From the human T2T-CHM13v2.0 reference genome, Homo sapiens: a DNA stretch of 64,000 nucleotides. The stretch's first letter is position 1. Each line of letters opens with the position of its first letter. This document shows, one piece after another, positions 46,351 to 57,632 of this stretch. The stretch is from assembly GCF_009914755.1 (NCBI RefSeq), contig NC_060936.1. One strand, 5' to 3'. The notes beneath the pieces are model-generated. The model had not been told where the DNA came from, searched no databases, and saw only the letters and a program-made list of their open reading frames with translations. Position numbers and translations under genes: made by a program.

Positions 46351-46481
46351 ATCTTTCGATGGCCTTCTTAGCACATCCCCCACACCACCGCCATTCCTGA
46401 GGCCCTGGTTCAGCACGGTGACAATGCACATAAGGAGAGTGTCACACGTCCTTTCAATTCCATCTTCATACTCTTCATCAG
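46351..46481 (-). CDS. ITPR2: ITPR2 coding exon (~exon 53): pore helix and GGGVGD selectivity filter
   Basis: Acceptor tttttatag|CT and donor GAT|gtaagc; 131 nt, phase 1 to 0. Translates (A)[43 protein letters not shown]. Confidence 0.98.
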
Positions 46482-46483
46482 CT

Positions 46484-46697
46484 ATAAAAACACATACAAA
46501 TATATGATATAAAATTATGTAAAAATATATAAAATAAAATACACATAAAATGAAATATACATACAATAAATATACATACATATACATAAGTATGTAAATT
46601 TATACACATATGTAAATATACATACAATAAATAAATATACCTAAATATACATAAAATAAAAGATACATACAAATGTATATGAATATAATATTAAAAA
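46484..46697. repeat. AT-rich low-complexity (TA/TACA) tract abutting the pore-exon acceptor
   Basis: Degenerate atatacatacaataaa units with very few G on the + strand. Confidence 0.9.
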
Positions 46698-47154
46698 GTG
46701 TAGCAAACTTACGTTTTAAAAAAATACCATTACCTCCTTCCAAAGGGCTATTTCTAATTGTGCCGTGACACAACTTTTGGAAGTCACACAGCATCTGTTC
46801 CATATGTGGCAGCACATGACTGACACATAATGATGAAGCCACATATGTAATGTCCTCAAATATTTTGTTTCTTCTATAGGTAGAAAATAACAGGACAAAA
46901 AGCACAAAACATAAGGCTCACATTCGTTGTGCTTGTTATGGTAGGAAGAGATTGTGGCAAAACCTGGAAACACAGCCACGTTACCCAGGAGGCAAAAGGA
47001 CTGCAGGGGAGAGAGCGTGAACAAGGAAGCTTGCCTGGCTTCCAATTCTGCTCCGTTCCCACACTGGGACTCAGGCAAGTTGCTGAACCTTAGGATCCTC
47101 ATCTGTAAAATGGGGAGGGCCGTTTGGGCGTTACACTATTCAGAGGGTTGTTTA

Positions 47155-47464
<310 letters not shown>

Positions 47465-49693
47465 TACATTTAGGGTATGTAAAATATTATACTTTGCACA
47501 GAGATTGGCATACACACAATAGTTGCTTAAAAATTGGGGCAGATATTATTTCATTACTGCGGTTAAGTGTCTAAGCTTTCTCGAGGACCAACCTGGAGCT
47601 CTTGATAAGAAGCACAATGTATTTATGTGAAAAATTCTATTTAGGGATAAAGGAGGAAAGAGAAAAAGACATAATGTGACAGAAAAATTCCTATTCTTAT
47701 TTTGTTTAAAGGTATTGGGATCCAACTTGAAACATAATTTCTTAGCCATTTAAAGTAGTGAAAAATTAATACTAAGTTGGATATTAGAATCAGAAATTCC
47801 TAACACTGGCAAATGACCAGAAATGTATTTTTCTCACTACAAGGTTAAAGAACCACAGGGGTGATAAATTTTGGGATTATGCAGCCACAATATGCCCGTC
47901 AAGGCATGCGTATAAAAACAAGAAGAACAATTCAGTCCAACTTTATCTACGTGCTTCATGCCTACAGTGCCTTTGATACTTCGTTAAGAAAAGGCTAATT
48001 TTCCTCTTCTGAGCCGACTTTATTTTAACATCCTATGGATAAGGGATCCTGATATTTTTACTTTCTTTGGAGCTGTTTCCTTTTAAAACATGCTGGGATA
48101 CACCTTGAGAGGAGGGCTGAAGTCAGAGATGAAGGTGCAAGTGCAAAATGCAGCATCAAAGACATTGGCAGAATCTGTGCTTGGTCACTTACCTTAGCGC
48201 TGAGTCCAAGGCACATTCTGATTTAAAAAGTAGGAGAACTAGAACTCCTTTGGAGGAAGGAGAAATAGGGAAGAGGTAGGGCCTGTGGTGAGAGCAATCA
48301 GAGCAGCAGTGCAGACAAGGAAGCCAGACCAAGGGTGGGGGAAGCTCAGTCTGGAATGTGCTAGTGAGGTCCCCCCATACATGGCAGTAGATGCCAACAT
48401 GATGGCTGAGAAGAATATGAGGAAAAACAGTCAGAAATGTGTAAGAGAGCAAAAGGGGCTTTTAAGGGGAAAAATCATTTTCCAATAATCAGGTCATGTG
48501 GAGCATGTCTACATGCTACTTTGCCACAACTGGACTTCCCATCACTACCGTCTATCTAGCGTCACGATCTGCATTCATTTATTCATTCAGGAACTACCTG
48601 GTCATGTCACAGGTGTTTGTTAAAGGCTTAGTAAATGCTGATTAATCAGCACATAAACGCTACAGGAGAGGGCTTCTACCTCTCTCCGAGAATTTAGAAA
48701 TAAGATTGTTTGTTCTCTAACAGGTGAGCTCAGTAAAATCCACACACAATTCATGTGATTAGCTGTTGTGGAATAAAACGAATTGGCTGAAAAATCTATA
48801 ATGAGAGAATTGGTTTTCTGAGTGTCATGTAAATGGGAGGAGAACACCCTGGTCAGGTCAATGCCAGCAATCATCCTGCTCAAGATAATCAGTACACATG
48901 CATGCTGATTTTATACAGAAGCCTCTATGCCCTCAGTTAATAAGGTTCTACCTTCGTGAGATGCAGCCACTCTCAATATGGTAAGCCAAGTTCCCAGGCA
49001 TCCAGCCTGAAAGTCAGGCTCTGAGTCATGGTAAATTCATCTAGTAAATGCCACCTTGTGGTTACCTGTGTAATCAGCTGGCCTTGCCCATGCCACACCT
49101 GCCTCCTTTCACTACTCCAACAGCCGCTGGACGAGGTGCTAGGAATATATGAGAGAAGGATGGAAGTGTCCCATCTGTAGAAAATTTATGGTCCCTAGGA
49201 AAGGTGGGTCAGCAGCTGAACAAGGGCAGTGCAGTATCACAGGATGCTGCGGAGGCAAAACAGATGCATATCTCACAGATGAGGGCTTCAGTATCCTGAA
49301 GGGGGTATCACCTGAGTTGGATTTTGAAAGAGGGTCATGATTGGCCAGTAAAACCAATGAGGGAAGACATTCCAGGCAGATAACACAGGATGAGCAAAGG
49401 CAAACAGGCACAAAAGCATGCGGGGTGTTTTGGGAAACTCAGGAAGATGGGAATGATTTAGACTTTGGTAAACACAGAAGGGTGTGGGAGGTGAGAGAAG
49501 AAACGCAAGAGGGTACCAGGTCATAAGGAGACTCACACATCAAGCTGAAGAATTTAAACTTAATCTTGAAATTAGGGGGAGGCACTGGAAGACTTTCAAC
49601 AGGGTAAGTTGGCTATCCAGCCAGTTGGTGAAATAGTACAAGATAAAACATGTAGAAGACAAATTAGCATGTGGTAAAAGACACAGAAGTGGA

Positions 49694-49865
49694 AGCCAGG
49701 CATGGTGATACACGTGTGTAGGCCCCGCTACTCAGGAGGCTGAAGGGGGAATGTCATGTGAGCCCAAAAGTTGGAGACTGCAGTGAGCTATAATCACACC
49801 ACTGCACTCCAGCCTGGGTGACAGAGAGACTCTGTCTCTAAAAAAAACAAGCAAACAAACAACAA
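49694..49865 (+). mobile_element. Alu right monomer (FRAM/AluJ-like)
   Basis: agccaggcatggtg...ctgcagtgagctataatcacaccactgcactccagcctgggtgacagag plus an A-rich tail; cagaagt on both flanks. Confidence 0.85.
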
Positions 49866-51074
49866 TGCAGAAGTAGCAGTGATGCAAAGAGACAGAAATA
49901 GGGAGATAAACTGTACACAGATAGAGGGGAGTCCCTCTAATTAATGTAGACTCTATATTAAGTAGTAGAATCGAGTTTGCCTTGACTCATCAATGTACTA
50001 AGACTTGAGTAGAAAGGCATCTCAAGTGCCAGGGACAGAAAGCCCCAGAGGTAGAAAAATGTATGCTTGTACGATGAACAGCAAATAAACCAGTAAGTAT
50101 GGGTGAGAGGAGTGGAAGACGAAGCTGGAGCGATAAACTGGGAGCTCTCTGTGAAGCTGTAGGGAGTTTGGATTTTATTGGGCGGGAAATGGAGCATCAT
50201 GGAAAGCCTGAGTTGGGGTAGGGGAGGAAATATTCAAGGCAGCGATTTCTGACAAATAGTCTAGTGGTGATATACTGGGTGAATTGAAGAGGAAAGAATG
50301 ACTGGAGGTGGAAAGACCACTTAGGAGGCAGTTGCAATAATTCAGGCATGATGTTCTATGAGCCTCAACCAGGGTAATGGGAGAGAAGAGGCAAAGGATG
50401 AATGAAAGGAAGCTGACAGAACTGTAGGCAGAAGGGGGAAGGCAGCATTAAATACAACTCTGAGGCCTCCCAGCCATGGGTGACTTAGGAAAAGGATCGT
50501 CCCATTAGACCATAGAAATAGACCATTTAGAAGGAAGAACTGGTTGTAGGGTGTTTTGATGAAGGCAAGCAAAGCATCTCAGATGATTTGTATGTTTATA
50601 GAATGAGAAGACAATAAAACATTTTTAAAAGTCAGAGAGGACAAGAGAGTTCAGAGGATACTGTGATCCAAATTAAGGAAGACAATAATTTTAAAGATGT
50701 CAAAATTGCCGAATAGTCAAAGGCAATGAGAAGCAAAAAAATAGTCACTGGATTAAACAATAGGGTCATCAGGAAACAGTAGGAAGAAGGCAAATGGTAG
50801 AGAAAAAGCAGTGCAGAAATTAAAGGAGAGAGGGTCGGTCAACTGTTTTATAGGGAAATTTGGTACTGAAGGAAGGAGACTAGTAGTTTCCTGGGAGTTT
50901 CAGGGAATAAGAAAACCCAGAGGAAGGTTGAATTGGGACCTATGATGTGTGTAGGAAGAAAGAGAGAGAACAGATGATGACAAGGAAAAGATTTCAGATG
51001 TAAGAACAATGGTCCAGCTGATGGTGGCCAGGAAGTAATGATAAACACAGGGGTAGTTATAAAAGAAGGGAGAG

Positions 51075-51405
<331 letters not shown>

Positions 51406-51950
51406 AGAACATGTTGCTTATAAACAAAAGTAAAGAATTAGTGAAAATAGACTTTTAATGTGGAGACATTTAAAAGAACTAAATATATACCTATGAAGAA
51501 CTTAGAACAGTGCTTGGCGTATAGTTAGGACTCAATACATTCTAGCTATCATAATTATCATTACTGAGAGATAGTGGTTAAATCTCATGAAAAGTTTTGG
51601 TTTTAAAACAATAAACAAATTCTAATCTTGAATTCTATGAGGTTAAATAATCCTCATTCTCAGTTGACTAGTAAAATACAGTATTTTTTCTTAATTTATA
51701 ATGCAAATAAAATGTTTTATATGAGGGAAGGAATACAAACATATTTTAGTGGCTCTGAAATAGTTCCCTCTAATCTGAGGTGTTAATCTATAAATTTTAA
51801 AAAATATTGGCCATGCTTGAATAACGGTATTTAATAATGCCATTTTTCTGCTTTAATAATTAAATTCAGTGTTTGTTATGGTTTCTTAGAAAACAAGGGA
51901 TTGTCACTGAGACACGTTTGAAAGTATGAGTGCAAATGAACACCTCTTGT

Positions 51951-52204
<254 letters not shown>

Positions 52205-52650
52205 ACCTCTTGCCTGTCAGTCTTAAGCTTTAATTATAATCAATTCATTGGTGGAAATGCTGATTTTAAAAATTTCAACTATATCCAAAATGTCAGTACT
52301 GCTGGAAAAATAAATAAATAATAAGAAATAAAAATTTTAACGAGAAAAAAAATTTAAAACACTGGGGACCCAGTGGGAAGCCAAAATGTAGAATGCATTA
52401 AGGCTGACTGGTTTCTGGTATTCATCAATCTTTTCTATTAAAGTAAAATATCCAAACATATTAAATTTGAATTATTCATAAATGTTAAGTGTCTGTGAAC
52501 TTTGTCCTTTTTTCTGTACATTCGAATGATTTTTACTTATAAAATAATTGTAATTGTATTTTGTAAATTGTTGCAAAAAGGCCTTGCTTTTTTTAAGGTG
52601 AATATTTTTGTTCAGGAACCAGGGAGGTCTGCAGCAAATGAAATATGAAG

Positions 52651-52674
52651 TTTTTTTTTTTTTTTTTTTTTTTT
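52651..52674. repeat. Free-standing T24 (A24 in the ITPR2 pre-mRNA)
   Basis: Read directly; no adjacent SINE body recognised. Confidence 0.95.
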
Positions 52675-53528
52675 AAACACAGTTGGTTGCCAGTTACTGC
52701 GTGAATTTTCTGGCGCTGGGACAATGACCTTCCCTGCATCCACAGGAGCCCTCTGAGGGAGCTGGCCACTCTGCCTCCTAGTCACCGTGAGGCTTGTTAT
52801 TAAGCTACTGTGTATGTCTGTACCTTTTGTAACATGGACCTGCTGTCCACAAGGTAACAAACTAAGGCTGTCATGGATGCACACTAGGGTTTGCAAGTTA
52901 AAATTTAATCCTGGTCTTAGACATAGAAGTTATTTTTAAATTTAAGTGACACATGCTGCACAACAAACCCCAGGTTCTAGCTTTCACTCTACTTTTGCAG
53001 TTAACTACATGCAGTCAAAATTTAAAAGTGCCAAACGCTAGCAGATCAAATCCATAACATTTTCAAACAGATGAATTTTATCACTTACAATGTCAAATAC
53101 AAAAAGTGTATGGAAGAAACAGTAGATTAATACAGGCATTCCTGTATTTTTATTACTAATGTAGGAATACTCCCTAATTGTGAAAAGCTATTGCCACCAT
53201 CTCTGGCTTCCAGCAGTATCTGTGACACATCTCCAGAGATGAAACTCCTCCACTCTCCAGATGGAATCCTCGCTTTCCTCCCTACTCTGGCAGCTATCCT
53301 TACAAAATCATCTCCACCTCTTCCCCCAACTCCTAGCTCTGCTGCAGCCTAAAAGATGGAGACTTTCCCCCAATGTGCCTGGGAGGAACAAATCACCATT
53401 TGTTCATAGGAAGGAGAAATGATGTTCTTTGTGTAATATATTAGGTGAAGTGCAGGTTATAGAGGTTTTCCTGGGAAGCCTTTTATAAGAGTTTGTATTC
53501 AGGGTCATGAATAACATCCAAACAGAAC

Positions 53529-53750
53529 AGTTTATCAAGCTTAACATTATTAATATTTTGGGCTAGATGATTCTTTGTTGTGGACTGTCCTGTGCAATGT
53601 GGGATGCTTAGTAGCATCCCTGTCCTCTACCCACTAGATGCTAGTAGCACCCCATCCCAGTTGTGACAACAGACATGTCTCTAGACATTGTCAGATGTCC
53701 CTGGGGGGTTGGGGTAGGGGTGGGGACAAAATCAACTCCAGTTCATAAAT
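53529..53750 (+). mobile_element. MER20 (hAT-Charlie)
   Basis: attttgggctagatgattctttgttgtgg.actgtcctgtgcaatgt..gatgcttagtagcatccctg.cctctacccactagatgctagtagcac...gttgtgacaac...tctctagacattgtcagatgtccctgggg. Confidence 0.9.
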
Positions 53751-53899
53751 ACGTAACAGAGAATATTTATATTCAAGAAATTGTCTTTAGTAGGTATAAA
53801 GAAAGGCTTAAAAAAATCTATCCAAACATACTCAGTGAAATGAAATGATCTCAAATTTTGGTTAGGGAAGAAATAATTTATAGTGATCTTTTAATTAGG

Positions 53900-54500
53900 A
53901 GGCAATAAGACAGAAGGTTGGAATATAAGCTTTGAAATCTATGTTGATATACATTGACTGACTAGCTGTGATCTTGGCAACTTATTTAATGCCTCTTTCC
54001 TTAGGGTCCCTACCGAAAATGTAAGGATAACTAGTAGTATCTATCTATCTCACAGGGTTGTTGTGATAATTAAGTGACATAATGCACACAATGCGCTCAG
54101 CACAGTACCTGAAATGAGTAAGCCTTCTCCAGGTCCTTGAACATGTCTCAGGGCGTTCACTCTCAGATGTTCCATGTGGCCAGAACACACTTCTCCCTCC
54201 TCTCGGCCTGACTAGCTCCTTCTCATCCTCCAAGTCTCAACTTAAGTAATTCCTCTTAGAAAGGTCTCTCTGTCTAATCTCCCAACAGCCAATCTCTATT
54301 GTGATGATCAGTCATACCACTGTTAGTAATACTCACCTTATCTTATAACTTTTTATGTTTCCCTTACTGTAAGTTCTATAAAGGCCAGAATCATGTTTGT
54401 TTATTCAACACTGTGTCCTCAACAGCTAGCATGGTGACTGGCCCAGAGTAGAGGCTCAACAAATATAACTATGTGAAAAAATGAATGAAGGAATGAATAC
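53900..54500 (+). mobile_element. MIR followed by an L2 3' end
   Basis: MIR core actagctgtg.tcttggcaacttatttaa...tctcacagggttgttgtga; L2 tail ggctcaacaaata...aatgaatgaaggaatgaat. Confidence 0.7.
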
Positions 54501-55399
54501 ACAAGGCTTTTATTATATTATCATCCTCATCATCAAGGTTTGTACTGAATAGACTTAACTACTCTCCCGTTTTCTAAAAATATTTACTTTTTAAATTTTC
54601 AGATCAAAATGTCACAATAGTAATAACGTATGAAATAATTACAATAGACCATTTGGTTGAGCATCAACAATCATGCCTGGGGAGTTGTATAAAGCCTAAC
54701 ATTTACAGGATTACACAGAGCTGGGCAGCCAACCATCCTGGGAGAGTCTCACACTATGAATGACCTGGAAGACCTCATTCTAGGAGAGTGGCCCTGGCAG
54801 TTCTCTCTCTCTGTGCCTTGGGAGCCCTGGCTACCACGCTGTGGGTGAGACTCAGATCCTCTTCTGGGCCCACTGAGTCAGCCCTCTTTGTATACTCTGG
54901 AACAACAAGTACTAGCTTTGTTGCTGGTTCACTAGCAAAGCAATATTTTGTCTTGAAATCAAACCACAGTTAAAGTATATTTGCTTTAAAATAAAGGAAA
55001 CAATATTAAAGAAATATTCAGAGATAGAAGACCAATGCAAGCATAGGGCCACTGATACTTGGAACCATGTTGTTACAATAAAATATTTGTGTTAATAATA
55101 AACTTTTTAACATATTATTTTTCATACTCTGTTAAGGGGGGAAATGTTGAATTAAAAGAGAAATAAATACTGATGACAATAATCTGAACTTTGAGGTGGC
55201 CAAAGAGATCCCAGGAGTCATTTAATTTTACCCAGCTATTTCAACTATGTTCAAGTTTTCAAAATGTCTCTTTTTAAAAAGTGATTTTTTAAAAAGTCAT
55301 GGATAATGATGGAAAATGAGGGACACCTGTAGACCTGAATTTGAGACTGTGACAGACTCTGCAAGCTGCTGAAAAATGCTGTTTGACACCAAGACAAGA

Positions 55400-56280
55400 T
55401 ACTAAAGTGGATCACTAAAGAGACAGTGTGAGTTAGGACTAACCCACACTATCAGTGCATTCAGTACACGTTCAGACTAACCTCAAATTAGAAAAGTAGC
55501 AGACATCATGTATCTGGGCTTTGGCAAAAAGTCTTTGATAAAAAGTCTCATGATATCCTTTGAAAAAAGATAGAGGAACATGGGCGGAATGATGTTAACA
55601 GTTTCTTTAAGAGAGATTTCTATGCAACTGAAGAATTGCACAAAATGCAACCATGTCCATGTGAGAGCATGTTCTAGTGCTTAGCACTGCATTGCTGTCC
55701 TATGCATTTCTGGCACCCTTAATGGAAATCTTCTAGAACAGAGGTTGGCAAAAAAAAAATTTCTGTAGCCAGATGCCAACTATCTTAGGCTTACATACAG
55801 TTTCCATCACATGTTTTTCTTGAAAAAAAAAATTTACAATCATTCTTAGCTCAACGGCTGTATAAAACTAGAGCAAGTCATATTTTCCCATGGGACATAG
55901 TTTGCCACCCTCTGTTCAAGGGTGTATCAAACTTGAGGACATGAAGGAGAATAAATATATTGCTTGACAGAATCAGGATCCATACGGACACCATGAGGCT
56001 CATGGCACATTAGAACTGGAAGGGACCTGAAACCGAGAGATCTTCCGGGCAAAGACCTCCTGTCTATTCACTGGTCAAATTGCGACGACCTGGGATTATG
56101 GGCTGGCAGAAATATGTAGAAAAAAAATGCATGGGCTTCTATTTGAAATCCCAAACTCCTAATTATATGAGAACAGGGTGGCTGTTTATGACATGACAGC
56201 TGAACCAGTGAAGAATGGCATTTTAGCCAAGAGTCAGCCAAATATGGATCAAGAGTGTGATGTGGTTCTAAACTCCAGTA
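55400..56280 (+). mobile_element. L3/CR1 LINE ORF2 (RT) fossil, interrupted
   Basis: Frameshifted DIMYLGFGK..FDK.VSHDIL at about 55500-55560 (CR1 RT motif YLDFSKAFDKVSH) and an NMDQECDV motif at about 56240-56265. Confidence 0.65.
55739..55914 (+). mobile_element. MER58-family hAT MITE nested in L3
   Basis: TIRs cagaggttggcaaa / tttgccaccctctg; left flank ttctagaa. Confidence 0.8.
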
Positions 56281-56739
56281 TCCAGAACAAGACAGCACTT
56301 TTCAACTGCTTGCCCTGGAGTGTCATGGCAGTACTCACTGTTATAGTATGTGAGGAAAGCTGAAGAAATCGGAGGTGTTTAGATTGGAGGATGCAAATAG
56401 CAGGATTTTAGAAACTGCAGAGCACAATAATGCTATACAAGTCAAGAATGAGCTGGTTCTTATTGTGAGCCTTGACTGGGAGAGCAGGCGGCAGGGGAGA
56501 GAAGTGCTGGTGACGGCTGCCCACAGTGCCTATGGCTGCTGGGACACTGGATGGAATGTATTCATGTGCTTAATTCTCTCTTTAGGTCAAGAAGCATAAA
56601 ATATTTAGTCAGTAGAAGGGTCTATTCATTATTCCTCAAGCAATAGTCCAACATCTCAAGGAAAAGGCCGTTTAGGAAAGAAAGCACTATCATTATGACC
56701 AGACAAACAGTGTGGTCCCAGATGGAAACTGGGGAACTC

Positions 56740-56960
56740 CGCACCTACACTATGCTTAACTCTTTCTTCCCTTATCTGTCCTAAGTCTAACTTTGCCCTC
56801 TGTAGATACAACACATCAACTCCTACTAAATCTGCTCCTTTTTGTATATGACAACCCTTAAGATATTTGAAGACATACACTCCCTAAATCTTTGCTGCTT
56901 CAGGAAACAGGTCACTAATTTCTTCTACAGTTCCTTATATATGACACATGCCATAGTTTC
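56740..56960 (-). mobile_element. L3/CR1 ORF2 C-terminal fossil (reverse)
   Basis: Minus-strand translation VFKYLKGCHIQKGADL resembles the CR1 ORF2 C-terminal motif (AVFKYLKGCH). Confidence 0.65.
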
Positions 56961-57539
56961 CAGCCTGCCACATCCTATGAGATCAATTCAGAGTTTAAAG
57001 AATTATTATTTTTATATGTATGGTTCCATTTGATCCTGTGGAGGCAGGGAAAGTTTCATTCTCATTCTCTCTCTAGAGAGAGAGAGATAGGCAGGCAAGT
57101 CATCTGAACAAAGTCCAGGAAATTTGCATAACTTGTCCAAGACATAGAGCTAGAGACTGTCAAGTCCAGGATTATTACCAAGTCTTTTGAATTATAAGCC
57201 CATACTCTTCCCGATCCTGTGTGAAAGGCTACACAGCTAAAAGGGACTCACTTAGTGTGGTTTGCAATATGGTAATAGAATCTTCAGCAGCACATACCAC
57301 AGGGTAAATGTGCTAAATCCTCCTGAATAGAAACAATATAACGAACAGGAGAGGGGTACAAAATGACCAATGTGGGAATCCTTTCTCCTGTTCAAATCAT
57401 CTTGGTTCTTTTACTCTCTATTCTTCTATTTCAATCCATCATGAAATTTGTAGAGCAATTCCCTAAGAGGTAATAATATTTACTAAATAAAACTTCAAAG
57501 ATATCAAGTTCATACTGACCCAGAGTCCTTTCTACAAAC

Positions 57540-57632
57540 CTGTATTTGAAGCTGGAATTGTGGGTGAACAGTTCTCCTTGGCACATGCTTCCATCATGGT
57601 AGTTAAAGTCATAGTAGGCACTTGATGACTGC
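57540..57632 (-). CDS. ITPR2: ITPR2 coding exon (~exon 52): subtype-variable luminal loop
   Basis: Not in the ORF track in this frame. Acceptor tattttcttag|GC and donor ACAG|gtttgt; 93 nt, phase 1 to 1. Translates (G)SHQVPTMTLTTMMEACAKENCSPTIPASNT(A) and joins the flanking exons in frame. Confidence 0.95.

Noticed and set aside
57066-57083. 18-bp palindrome tctctctctagagagaga
   Set aside because: Produced by abutting (CT)n/(AG)n microsatellite in MIR-like sequence; no sign of function.
57343-57393. 10-bp inverted repeat gaacaggaga/tctcctgttc downstream of the 93-nt exon
   Set aside because: Short stem with a long loop; plausible by chance in 64 kb.
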